Assembly (NCBI RefSeq): GCF_009914755.1
Contig: NC_060927.1
Length of the DNA: 64,000 nt
Origin: the human T2T-CHM13v2.0 reference genome, Homo sapiens
Reading direction: 5' to 3' (one strand)
Below are positions 26,009-40,060 of this stretch, one piece after another; position 1 is the first letter of the stretch, and each line of letters begins with the position of its first letter. A program made the position numbers and the translations under genes. The notes below the pieces were generated by a model that saw nothing but the letters and a program-made list of their open reading frames with translations, was not told where the DNA came from and ran no database searches.

Positions 26009-29000
26009 TATCATCTGGGTTATATTTCTCCTATTATATAGAATAAGAATTTTCATGCCCTAAACCAGTTACTTTCAGTTTCTTTTCACCTGGTCCATAG
26101 TAAGAAATACAGTTTAAAATACAACCCTGAGTACACATACATATGAACAGATTGTTAGAAATCTGAATTACTCTCTTCCCCCAGCTGTTGTAAGACTAAA
26201 CAGGCCAGGAATTATGCATATATTCAGTAAACTAGAATGTGACAGATACTTCCTATGAAAAAATGTAATGCTGAGACTCCTTAAATGGTTTGTTGATCAC
26301 CATTGTAACCATGTAATATTTTATACTAAAACCAGATGACTTAGGAAATAACTTCCTGTTTGACATTAAAAAAATATGATTCTTTAGTTTTAAAGTTTAT
26401 ACATTTTTGAGGAAGCTCTTTTTAGCTTAATGTCAGCAAAGCAGCTGCTGCTTGAATTTACTTTCTAAAACACTGAATTATTCATTTCCATAAATAAAAC
26501 TTCCTTAGTAATTATTTAGCATTAATTTATTTCTCTTTATTTCAGTCAACCCTGTTGACATTCTGTTTTAAAATTAAAAATATTCTTTGTGGAATTTAAC
26601 AAATAAGACTGTGACAGCCACTTTCTTTACTTTCTTTTGTTTTCATAACAGGATTTCCAGATCCTGAGATGAGCTGTGTCTTATTATTTTTATTATTTTA
26701 ATAAATGTTAAACTAATAAAATGTAGAACACAAGTAAATTCTTATTTAAAAATGTCTTCTAAGTAGCTTCTAAGATGAACTGCTATGATTATGACTTATT
26801 TAACATATATTGAATTCTAACAATGTAAACTTATTAGAAATACTTTAAATAATTATTTCATTGTATTCACCAATTGTTTAATAGAGTAATAGGGAAAAAA
26901 AGTAAGGTTTGTTGTTTTACATTTCTTGGCACTCTTCCATCTATTTTTGCAAATATGGGAATACCTCCTTGAATTTTGTGCTGCCTTTCTAGTAGCCTGT
27001 GGTGAGCCCTTCCACCTTCAAACTCTTATTAGTTATTTATGTGGCCTCTTTGGGCTATCAGTCTTTACTGCTGTGTGATATTTCTTGCCATCTTTCCAGA
27101 ATTGCTGTTTTATTTATTTGTTTCTTTGTTTAATTTTAAATGTGTCACTGCCTTGCTGCTCCATTGGAGACTTCCTGAGGGCAACAGACAAACTATTTGA
27201 TAGCTGAATACATATTTGGTAAGTTAAGAGAGGAGGGGAGAAAACCCCTTTATAAAGTAGCATCCATTCAAATGAAACATTCTTACCTAAAGTGCTTCTT
27301 GGAGCATATATTTAGAGAGGTTTAGTAACTGATCCATAAGACAATCAGTGTGGGCTTAAAGAAAATGTAAACTTTTAGGTAAGGGCCCATCTGAATCCCT
27401 GTTGAAATGTACTATAGCCACCATTACTGTGGCAGCCTCATAGGACCATGGAAGAGAATGAGGCCTATGGAATTAGAGATGGGAAAAGTCTCCATTTAAT
27501 TCCTCTGTCCTAGGTTCTACAATGCTATTTAGAATATAATTATGGAGACCTCTGCTTTAATAGTTGTTGAGTGGGTGACAGCAGTTTTAATTGGAATAAC
27601 CACAAGTGTATAATTATTTTAGAGCTGAAATGTTTAAGAAAGCTTTTCCAGCAGATGACACAGACCATCAGCCTTCAGCTGGGAGCCATTACGCAGACAT
27701 GTTTTGTTTTTCCTCTGCAGTGTTTTAGAAAACAAAGTTGGCTATTTACAATTGTGAGATTTTACATAAAACAAAAATTCCAGCTTAGAAAAAAGGTAAA
27801 TCCTCAGATCTGATGATTCTGTATTTCCAGTCCTACAAGACGAACAATGATCTGGAATAAAGTAACAGCTGTACCTTTAAACATGGACATGTGTTGTAGT
27901 GGTTCATTACAGTTTTTGTGCTTGCACTGTTCATGTATTTGTATACACACACATTATGTATTTATATGTATATAATATATATAAAGATAGATACATTTAT
28001 ATGCAAAAACATATTTCTCTGAAACTGTGCTTCAGTCATAAGAAAACCAAACTGAGATGTTGGTCTGGTTCAAGAAAAACAGGATGGAGCCTTTTGTGAA
28101 GGTAAAGAATATTCTTTTGTGTTTAACATGCAAATGGCTCAGCTTCCAAGTTGCATAGGTAGCCCAGCCTGAGTCTACAGGACTCTACCTGTAGAGTAGA
28201 GTCCTACTCTACAAGTCTTGGAGAGTATCAGATCTGTCAAGTTTTGATTTTTATGCCCTTAATTATAATCTGTAGGTAACTCATATGGCTCATTGGATAT
28301 GAATTTTGGAAATCTATGCTTCCAGATTACTTTGCTTAATTCTTGCGTCCTCATACTTTTTCTGTGAAGGGATATATACCTAAGACACTAGGAAAAGCAC
28401 ATCCGAGGTAAGTAACACTGATGAATATTTAGTACATGGTTAATAACCTAGTTTGTGAGGTTTAGAAATAGTAAATTATATTTTATATATAATATTCTAT
28501 ATAAAATATACTTTTATATATAAAGTATACATATTACATATATAAAATATAGTATGCAATGTTAGTACATACTAAGTATTCTCTAAATTATTTTTATTTC
28601 TAATAAAGTGTACATTTATCTGTGGTTCTGCTCTCTTAAATTTATTTTTTAAAATTTGAACATTTTCATCTGAATTTTTGAGTTTGCTAACAAGCCAAAA
28701 ATCATTTCTATTTGATTAATCCAACAAATAATTTACTCTTCTTTATCTTAAATTTGAAGAGAATTAAGAAATAAAAGAGGAGGAACATCTATTTCATGTT
28801 CTGTTTAGTAGTAACAGTTGCAAATATGTAAGCATTTTATTCTTGGATTCACTAATTTCCCTGCTCAACAAAGATGGGTCAGTATGTTCTGTTTTTTTTC
28901 TGGGAAAGTCTGTAGAAATAATTTGGTTGTTTTTAAGCACCTGCATGCTTTTTGGAGGCAGTGGTGGTGGAAAGAGTATGATGTAAAAGGAGCTGTTTCT

Positions 29001-30646
29001 TTACCTACCTTACAAATATCTGTGCCTGAAACAAGCCTCTTCTCTGAGCATAATCAGTCTCTAATAAAACTGTATTCCTAACTACTTGAGCTGATAAATA
29101 GTGAGGTTGTTTTAAACAAGTCAAGTTTATTTTATGTCAATTTTCTATTTGCCCTGTGTAAGATATATTTAATTACTTTACTCCATCTCTGTGTTCAAAT
29201 TAATCAGATTCTGCCACATATTGGTGCTCAAAATAGAATAATTCTTTAATCAACTGTGTTATCCATGCTATGGTAGAGTAGAATAGAAAATCTACTCGTG
29301 GCATATTGAAGATGCATGCATTTTATTTTCTATTGTAATTTAAAAGTAAAATCAGAAATACTGATTTCTACTTGACTGGAGAGATGATTTAGTTTGAATA
29401 TCAGCCTGATCTTAATCAGGTGAGAATTAATTGAGTTGGAGGTATTAGATATTCAGTGATGTTAACTGAACCATGATCCATCTAGAGAGAAGCTTTCTTT
29501 TGTACTGTGTTAGAATTATCAAATAGCTCATGCACTACAATGTAAAATAATCTTTTCATGTTCATCCTTCTACCTTCTTGTCTCATTAAATGCACCACTA
29601 AATTCATTCTATACACAGACTAATCTTTAAAGTAGCAAGCTAATAAATCACAAGTTAATAGAAAATTAAAAGCATAATAATTTTGTCATAAGATGCTGCT
29701 GTCACAATTTTATAATGATATATTTTCTAGTTACTAATTTTAAAACCAAGTGATTAAACCTCTGCTTTTCAAGTATACCTGGGACATTAAAAAAAACTCT
29801 TAGTTTACTTTTTTTTATGTTCAACATTGCAAGAAGAAAGTGAGCAATTCAGAAGTATTTTAATGTTTATCTTCAGAAATAAAAATAGAGTCTGTAACAT
29901 TATAGTGGTCTGAAATGTGGCATGGGCTTTTCATTTATTTTAAGAGTGTGACAGCAATATCATAAGTGTTGTGAAAATATAAATGGTGAGATAACACCTC
30001 CATGGGACTTGCTCTTAAGTAGTAAAATTGTAAATTCTTTAAATAAACTGCAGCTAGAACTGAAAGCATCGATTTGCCTTGTTAACTATGGATACTATAC
30101 TTATTAAGTGTCTAATTAAATTTAGTATAACATGTCTGTTATTTCCTCCTTTTTTTCCCTTAAAACTGAAAATTTGGACTTATTTATTAGCAAAGTATCA
30201 CGTTATCATTGTCAGATTTCTTCGATTTTGGCAGTTGGTGTGACAGTGTTAAATTAAAAGAAAGCCAGTAGTGTGACTTTTGATAGTGTCGTTTTACACT
30301 GGAATACTGTTTTTTGCTTGGTATTGCTATAATGGGAATATTCGAATCTATGTAGCTGTATATTTTGTGAAAAGGAATATCCAAATTTATATTCGAGAAC
30401 AATTAGCATTTAATAAAATTAAGCCATAATTGCAGAAACATTCCTAGAGTGCGATGAACAGGGAATTCTCACGAGATACAGTAGGGTTCCCCACCTAGTT
30501 GTTACTAAACAGCAATTTAGGGCAGAATGGCCTGCTTAGGAAAAAATGAGAGAGAGGGAGCTGGCTTTTTCACTCTGCTCTTCAAAGCCGAGGCTTCTCT
30601 TATATAGACCCCACTCTCCCCTCTCCAGCACCCAAAATGATTTCTA

Positions 30647-30836
30647 TCTCTCTTCCTTCCTTCCTCCCTCCCTCCCTCCCTCCATCCCTTTCCCTCCCTC
30701 CATCCCTTTCCCTCCCTTTCCCTCCCTTTCCCTCCCTTTCCCTCCCTTTCCCTCCCTTTCCCTCCCTTTCCCTCCCTCTCACCCTCCCTCCTTCCTCCCT
30801 CTCTCCCTGCCTTCCTTCCTTCCTTCCTTTTTTTTT
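30647..30836. repeat. Polypyrimidine simple repeat with (CCTCCCTTTC)6 core and (CCTT)/(CCCT) flanks
   Basis: Seen directly; 10-mer repeated perfectly at 30711-30770. Confidence 0.95.
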
Positions 30837-30839
30837 CAT

Positions 30840-31150
30840 AATATTCTGTAAGATGTAGAGAGTACCAAACCACAATACAAATGTGTTTTTTTCAATTCTT
30901 GTCCCTGCCAGTTTTCCTCCTATGAAATAACCACAGTTATCAGTTTTCTTACATATTCTTTCATAGCCATTATGTACTTGCAGACATACCCCCCCGACGT
31001 GTACACATGCACACCCCCCAAACACAGAAATGATAACGTTCTGTACCTTGCTGTTTTCACTTTTAAGTCTTAGGGGTCATTCCCTATCAGTGTGCTATTT
31101 TTTTTAGTGGCTACATAGTATTTCGTGATACAGTGTTAACATTTAAGCAG
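30840..31150 (-). mobile_element. Old L1ME-like 3' fragment
   Basis: AATAACCACAGTTATCAGTTTTCTTACATATTCTT..TTCTGTACCTTGCTGTTTTCACTT..GGCTACATAGTATT. Confidence 0.5.
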
Positions 31151-31254
31151 TTGATGTTACTGTGATAGATTTGATGACATCACCAAAAGCCACATTCATA
31201 TAAAAATACTTTTTGCTTCAGGTGAGAGAAGACAAGATGAGGAATGGCTAATAA

Positions 31255-31593
<339 letters not shown>

Positions 31594-33049
31594 TACTGAT
31601 TTATTTTTGTTAAGAAAGACATATATGTAGTCTATATCTGAATTGCATGAAAAATTCTACTGCGATCGAATTTGGAGAATTTACTGTCCTTATGGATGCT
31701 GTTTTTTTTTTTTTAAAAAATAGGAGATGCTAATGTTTTTTAAGCCAGTTGTTAAATAAATAAATTTGACAAATGAGCGTACTATAAAGTGGGTGACAAG
31801 GATTTGTTAATAGTCTGGAAATCACATACCTTGAGGAGGCAGCAATGTTTAAACTGGCGCTGAGCCAGGAGAAGAGAAAAAAATATGAATGTTATTTCCT
31901 ATAGTGTATGATGAAGCGGCAGCATTAGACTACCTTTTTTCAGCCTATAGTACTCCCATCCCCCATCAACACACACCAACCCCCATCAACACACACACAC
32001 TATGGAACTGGCTACCTTGCGAGTTAAGGAATTTTCTGTCACCACAAATGTTTAAACAGTAAGATGGAGTAGGAAACACTTTGTGAAATAGATTAAGTGA
32101 CCTCTAAAGGCCTTCACACTCTAACCTTTTTGATTCCAGAAGTCTAGAACAAGACAGCTGGTCCTGTCCAGGGCCCTCGATAAGTAGTATTTAATGGTCA
32201 CTGTTGGCTCATACTTATTGCCAGAATGGGCTGTAGACCACTTGCAAGTATGAAAAAGTCCAACAGGTTCGTTTATTACTTGTGTCACTAAAAACACGGA
32301 TCCTACTTTCGTTTCTCCATTGTGTAAGTGATGAGAGAAGGCAAAGCATCTACTAGTGGCAAGAAATCCTAGAAGGCTCCATGTTCAAAAGTTTGCCTGT
32401 TTTGTTTTGTTTTGTTTTTTGTCAGTTGCTTTTATCAATACCTATCAATGAATTGGCCTTTTAACATTGGAGACTATGTGGGACAGCAAAGAGGGAATAT
32501 GTAAGAAAAGTGTGTTTGGGGAGACTTAGGGAATCTTCTATGTGATCTTTTAAAAAAGATAGAGGGATTTGGTGCTTTCATTGTCCACACCAGGCTGTGT
32601 GAATGTCTCTCTTTCAAATTCTGGTAGCACTTAATATCTGAAACATGAAATTTAGCACTTCATTATATTTTGTTTGAAGAAGCCCCTTTCTAATGTGTAA
32701 AATCCTTATTTTAAATATTTAAATATATTTTATAGGAATACTGGAAAACAGTATGGAATCGGAGAGTTGAGGTATCTGATGCTATTTGATTTTATATGGT
32801 TGCTAAGTGGTCATTTAGCAAAAAACCAGCAACAGTGTCTACCTTATTCTTTCCTGTGGTAGTGATACAATGTGATGAACCATTGCCACTTGCTTCCCAG
32901 GTCTCATTTGTGACCTCATGTGTGAGATACCTGGCCTGGGTTAAGTCTCTATTGCGTGGGCATGGAAATTTCTGCCAAGCGTAGGAGTTTTTCATGTGTT
33001 CTGGAAAGGAATAAGTGAGATCCAATAGTAATTACAGATAACGTTTCTG

Positions 33050-33270
33050 AAGTTAAAAGACCTGGTTCTAAACCAATCTATGTATGCCACACTAATCTTG
33101 GAAATATGATGTAGCCTATTTAAAGTTCATTTTATTCATCTGGCAAATGAAGATAAAAATAGTGCTTACTTGATCGTGTTTTTGTACAATTCAAGTGAGC
33201 TAACACGCATAAAGTACCTAGTATAGTAGTGCCTGGTACAGAGTAAACACTCAGTTTATCTTAGTTGCCA
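33050..33270 (+). mobile_element. MIR SINE
   Basis: GACCTGGTTCTAAACC..TTTTATTCATCTGGCAAATGAAGATAAAAATAGT..GTGCCTGGTACAGAGTAAACACTCAGT. Confidence 0.72.
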
Positions 33271-34144
33271 TTTTCATGTTTTTATTGCTATTACTACTGA
33301 CATTATTAACTACCTTGCAAAAAATGATTAGGAAGTTGTCATGGGAAAATGGAAAAACAAGAAAAAGGCCACCTGAAATAAGACAGTTTCTATTCAACAT
33401 TATTAATGTATTCTTGAATTTTGGTTTTCCATCATGTATGTTCCTAGTGTTTTAACTGCTTCTTGTAAGAATCACATTTTAATCTCAAACTTATATTCTA
33501 ATCAACTGAGATAATGAATCTCAGTATCCTCCTGAAACTTTTTAATTTTGCTATGAAACCCCGAAGTTTTGTTACTGTTTTTTTGAATTTTGTTTATGAA
33601 TAAATGCTGAGTACAGCCTTTACTAAACTGAAGAGATAGTCATGATAAAGTACAATGTTGGAAATTTTGATCTTTGTCAAAGAAGTTAGATAACAGTAAT
33701 GGCAGAGATTATTTAGCAACATATTTTAAAATATTAGAGTGAGTTAAATCAACTAAAAGCTGGTAGAAAATGAGAATTATTAACACTCCTTCAATTAATT
33801 CACTTATTCAGCTATTTGTTCGATAAATATATATGAATATTTACAGTTATTCATTTATATACAAATGCACAAATATTTATTGAATAAATATAAGCTAAGC
33901 AAGTAAGCTTTGCTGAATGATTATTTTTTACCTTAGTCTTTATTTTCTTAAATATTTTATTTTGATTAGGTATTTTAATAGGCTTAAAAAGGATCAGTGG
34001 ATAAGAAAATATGTTCCAAGGAAAGATATGGAAGATAACTAAGCCTAGAATGATCATAAGTTATAAATCATAAAACAGTAGCCAAATCATCATCAGCCAC
34101 CTGTTTGCATCTCACCTGAAGTATAAGGAACTAAAAATGTCTTT

Positions 34145-34465
34145 AGCTATGTTGTCCAACATGGTCACCATTAGACATACATGGCTATTTTAATTAAAAT
34201 GAAAAATTTAGTTATGCAGTCGCATTAGCCACATTCAGCTTGGGCAACATAGTGAGACCCTGTCTCTTAAAAAAATACATCTTATTTAACCTAATATATC
34301 AAAAATAATATCTTTTTAACATGCAGCCAATATAAAAATTTTTAATGAGATATTTTATATTCCTTTTGTCACTGGATTTTTTTTTTCATTTTCTGCCTAT
34401 GTTAGGTAGAATAATAGTCCCCAAAGATGTCTCAGTCATAATCCCTGAAACCTGTGAATATGGAT
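34145..34465. mobile_element. Mosaic of a MER3-like half, ~40-bp Alu 3' stub (34238-34276), MER33-like piece and MLT1D 5' stub (~34399-34465)
   Basis: TTGTCCAACATGGTCACCA..TAGCCACATT; TGGGCAACATAGTGAGACCCTGTCTC-A7; TTTAATGAGATATTTTATATT; GTAGAATAATAGTCCCCAAAGATGTC..ATCCCTGAAACCTGTGAATATG. Confidence 0.65.
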
Positions 34466-35006
34466 ATAAGGAACTAACTGTCCTAGAGAATTGAAAATAA
34501 AAGCTATGTTTAATGCATCACACATAAGAAGTAAGGATTTTTATCTGTTCTAATCCCCTCACTGGAATTATGTGAATCTAAGGTATTTCTGGACAGTATC
34601 GCTTAAAATTTTAACATAAAAACTGTTGGGTGATTTTCACTCATCTTAGTAGACGTCTCAACAGCATTTGACAATAATGATTATTCCTTCCTTGACCCAA
34701 ACTTTCCCAGAAAAGATAGTCATCTGATGGATACATTTTGTTAGTTTTTATATTTTAAAGTTGTATTCAAATAATTTATAGAAGAATGAAGACAATGACT
34801 TTAGAAAGTATAATAAGAATTTAAACATAGCAAGCCCCAATTTTTATTCCCTATTTTACTTGTTCTGAAAGTTTTATAACTTGGAATGGTTTATGTCCTT
34901 TGATTGCCACTAACTGCTTATCATGAACCTGGAACATAATCTATTTTAAAGATTCTGACTCCATATAGCTCTAATAGGTTCTAGTTTACCATTAATCTTT
35001 AAAATG

Positions 35007-35850
35007 TATTTTCTTTTTACTTTAGATTTGAGGGGTACATGTGCAGGTTTGTTACATGAGTATATTGTATAATGCAGTGGTTTGGGCGTCTATTGAACCG
35101 TCACCCAAACAGTGATCATAGTAACCAATAGGTAGTTTTTCAGCCGTTGTCCTTCCTCCTTCCCTCCCATTTTGGACTCCCCAGTATCTATAATTTATAT
35201 CTTTTTGTCCCTGCATACCCATTGTTTAGCTCCTACTTGTAAGTGACAACATGCGGTATTTGTCTATTTCTCTGTTAATCCACTTAGGATAATGGCCTCC
35301 AGCTAAATCTATGTTGCTGCAAAGGATGTGTTTTCGTTTTTATGGCTGTGTAGTATTCTATGATATATATGTACCACATTTTCTTTCTCCATTCCACTGT
35401 TGATGGACACTTAGGTTGATTCCATAACTTTGCTGTTGTGAGTAGTGCCGCAATAAACATACAAGGGCAAGTGTCTTTTTGGTAGAATTATTTCTTTTCC
35501 TTTGGGCAGCTATCCAGTAGTGGGATTATCCAGTTCTGTTTTTAGTTCTTTTAGAAATCTCCAAACTGCTTTCCACAGGGATTGAACTAATTTACATTCT
35601 GTTTATAAGCATTCCCTTTCTCCACATCCTCAACAACATCTCTTAGTCCTTTGTTGGATGCATAGTTTGCAAGTATTTTCTCCTTTTCTCTAGGTTGTCT
35701 GTTTACCCTGTTGATGGTTTCTTTTGCAGGGCAGAAGCTCTTTAGTTTAATTAGGTCCCAATTGTCAATCTTCTTTTTGTTTCATTTGCTTTTGAGATCT
35801 TAGTCATAAATTTTTTGCCTAGGCCAGTGTCCAGAAGAGTTTTTCATAGG

Positions 35851-35884
<34 letters not shown>

Positions 35885-36699
35885 TTTGAGGTCTTACGTT
35901 TAAGTCTTTCAGCGATCTTGAGTTAATTTTTGTATATGGTGAGAGGTAGAGATGGAGTTTCATTCTTTTGCACATGGCTAGCCAGTTTCCCCAGCACCAT
36001 TTATTGAATAAAGTATCCTCTCCCCAGTGTTTATTTTTATTTACTTTGTTGAAAATCAGTTGGTTGTAGGTATGCAGCTTTATTTCCAGGTTCTCTGTTC
36101 TGTTCCATTGTTCTGTGTGCCTATTTTTGTACTGGTCCCATGCTATTTTGGTTATGATAGCCTTGTAGTATATTTTAAAGTTGGGTAATGTGATGCTTCC
36201 AGCTTTGTTCTTTTTGTTTAGGATTACTTTGGCTATTTGGGCTCTTTTTTGGTTGCATATAAATTTTAGGATAGTTTTTTCCAATTCTGTGAAAAATGAC
36301 ATTGGTAATTTGATAGGAATAGCATTGAATCTATAGATTGCTTTGTGCATTATGGGCATTTTAATGACATTGACACTTTCAATCCATGAGCATGGGTTGT
36401 TTTTTCATTTGTTTCATCTGTGATTTCTTTCAGCAGTATTTTGGAGTTCTCGTAGAGCTCTTTCACCTCCTTGGCCAGATGTCTACCTAGGTATTTGTGT
36501 GTGTGTGTGGCTATTGTAAATGGGATTGAGTTATTAATGTGGTTCTCAGCTTGAACGTTACTGGTGTATAGAAATGATGATTTTTGCATGTTGATTTTGT
36601 GTCCTGAAACTTTACTGATGTCATTTATCAATGCAGTAGTCTTTTAGAGGAATCTTTAGCATTTTCTAAATATATAATAATTGTTGGTGAACTACTTAC
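35007..36699 (-). mobile_element. 5'-truncated, internally deleted L1 (L1PA15/16 or L1PB-like)
   Basis: ORF2 remnants [39 protein letters not shown]; 3'UTR GGTACATGTGCAGGTTTGTTACAT; TSD ATCTTTAAAATG at 34995-35006 and 36700-36711. Confidence 0.93.
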
Positions 36700-36707
36700 A
36701 TCTTTAA

Positions 36708-37017
<310 letters not shown>

Positions 37018-37357
37018 AAAATGAAATATTTTTAAAAACACCAATGACTCATAATTTTGTTGAAGTTAAGATGGCCATCTTTTTGGCTCCATAGTTTTAA
37101 AACATTTTCACTTTTAGATTTACAAATACTATTTCCTTTTAATCACCTTTTAAATATATCTGTCTTTAGCATTTGGATCAAGTACATTTCAACACACAGA
37201 TATCATAAAAGATGAAAGAGTACTGCGTTGCCCTGTTTTTAGCACAATGGGATACAAGTTTTTGTTACATTATACTTCATGAAAAATCACTCCTGTTAAA
37301 TGTCTAATGGGATGAGAATACTATATTTCCTTTTTGTCCTTAAAAATGTATTATTCA

Positions 37358-37588
37358 GGCCAAGTCAAGAGAATTGTTTGAGGCTAGGAGTTCAAGACCA
37401 GCCTGTGCAATATAGCAAGACCTTGTCTCTAGGAAAAATAAATAAAAAAAATTAGCTAGGTGTGGTGCTGCACACCTGTAGTCCTAGCTACTCGGGAGGC
37501 TGAGGTGGGAGGATCACTTGAGCCCAGAGTTCAAGGCTACAGAGAGCTATGATCTAACCAGCGCCCAGCCTGGGTGACAAGAAAAAAA
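37358..37588 (+). mobile_element. 5'-truncated AluJ
   Basis: GGAGTTCAAGACCAGCCTG..GGGAGGATCACTTGAGCCCAG; TSD GTATTATTCA at 37348-37357 and 37589-37598. Confidence 0.92.
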
Positions 37589-37800
37589 GTATTATTCACG
37601 CATCAGTTCCTGATTTTGAGAAAATTCATCTGGGATACTGTCACCTGAAGACTTATAGTCAATATGATTATGTGCTTATATGATCAATTTCATCATCTTC
37701 GTTAAAGTCTAGAGTGCTGCTCTTGGTTTCTTTGCATTCTTCTAATTCATCTAATAATTGCAAAACATCTTTTAGCCAGTTTTTCCCCCCACTGTGGTAG

Positions 37801-38289
37801 TATATTAGTTTTCTATTGCTATTGTAACAAATTATACAAACTTAGTAGCTTTATTAAGACAATACAAATTCATTGTATCATAGTTCCGTAGTTCTCAAGT
37901 GTGACAGGTCTCACTGGGCTAAAATCAAGGTGTTAGCAGAGCTGTGTTTGTTTCTGGAGCCTCTAGGGGAAAGTCTGTTTCCTTGCCTTTTTCAGCAAAG
38001 ATGCAAGTATTCTCTTTTTTCCATCTTTAAAGCCAGCAAGATAGAATCTCTCTGACTCTGCTTCCATCATCTCATCTCTTTTCTCCTGTTCTCTTCCGCA
38101 TCTGTCTTTCACTTTTAAAGACCCTTGTGATTACTTTGGGCCTTCCCAGATAACCTCCCTATTTTCAACTGATTAGCAAAGTTAATTCTGTCTGCATCCT
38201 TAATTCCCATTTCCTGTGTATCTTAACATATTCATGGGTTTCAGAGATTGTGACTGGGACATCTTTGGGGACTATTATGCTACCTAACA
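37801..38289 (-). mobile_element. MLT1D MaLR solo LTR
   Basis: TATTAGTTTTCTATTGCT..GGTCTCACTGGGCTAAAATCAAGGTGTTAGCAG..GACCCTTGTGATTAC..GGGACATCTTTGGGG. Confidence 0.88.
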
Positions 38290-38774
38290 TAGGCAGAAAA
38301 TGAAAAGAAAAATTCAAACCTTAACTGTATTCAGTGAAAGCTTTAAAAAAAAAAGAAAAGAAAAAGCTACTTTTATATCTTCATGAACGGTAATACAATA
38401 CATTGAGCAATATAGTAAATGTGATGTAATAATGGAAGCTTTATTTCACTATTGCATCCTTCTAGGGGATTTCATCATTTTCTTTTCTTATCGTAGTTAT
38501 TTTTAGCATAGTTGGAAATAACTGACAGGCCATGATGCAATAATTTCTGCTATGATGAAATAAAATGTTTGAAGATACAGGAAAAATAAGATCAATAAGT
38601 TATATATTGAATCTTAGCTTTACACGAAGATCAAATGATCCTAGTTGATAAAATGAATTTTATTGTATTAAAAATATGTCCATTTTCTTTAGATTTTTGG
38701 AGGCCTCTAAGAAAGAATAAAGTCTTAAATTATTCTTGAAATAGTTATGGAATTACTTATAAATGAAATCTACA

Positions 38775-39116
<342 letters not shown>

Positions 39117-39199
39117 TTATACTGAGGGTCAAATGCTTGGTTTCCTTGCTTTCTCTGGTGCCACATAGTCCTCTGTATTTTTCCAGTTTCTTCTTTTTC

Positions 39200-39889
39200 T
39201 CCTAGCGTTAAGTGTTAGGATTCCTCAGTGGTTGTCCAGGGCCTCTTTTCATTATTTTTGTTAAGTTACTACTATCAAAACAGTATCTTCAGAACCTGCT
39301 TCCAACTCATAGGTAACTGCCTTCTACTTGGATGTTTCACAGGCCCCTTAACTGAACATGTCCTAAATTCATTGTCATCTTTATTCCATCTTCCTCCACC
39401 AAAACAGAACAAATTCATATGCTATTCCTTTTTGGTGAGTGTGTGTTATGTAAAACAGTGCTTTTGTTTGTTTTTCTGGTGTTTTTTAAGTCATCAACCT
39501 GGGCCATCATGCACCCAGCAAGAAAATTAGGGGTTATCCTTGACTCCTCCTTCTATTACACTCATAAATAACTATATTCCAAGTCCTGTTAGTTCTCTCT
39601 GGTTTCATTTTTATTCACTCACTTCTGTCCTTTCCTGCTTTGTCTGCCACAGGTTTAAATGTTTTTAGCCCCTTGGACTATTGTACTAACTTTCTATCCA
39701 GTTTTCTTATTTCCAGTTCTGTTTCCTCTGCCTACTCTAAGGTTCTGTGCAGAAGAAAACATGATCTTGTCATTCCACTGCGCAAACCCTTTTGAGGATT
39801 TCGATAGCCCTTAGAACACAGCCTAAACATTTTAACATTGCCTACTGGTCGTATTTGGTACATGCCTTTTCTCCTGCAGCTGATATTTA

Positions 39890-39937
<48 letters not shown>

Positions 39938-40015
39938 GCTAATTGCAAATATACATTTTAACATTGCCTGCTGGTCATACTTGGTACATGCCTTTTCTCC
40001 TCCACCTGACGTCCA

Positions 40016-40060
<45 letters not shown>

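Noticed and set aside
28478-28552. AT-rich quasi-palindromic stretch
   Set aside because: Degenerate (TA)n low complexity; symmetry is trivial.
30517-31025. Overlapping 73-141 aa low-complexity ORFs
   Set aside because: Simple repeat lacking stop codons.
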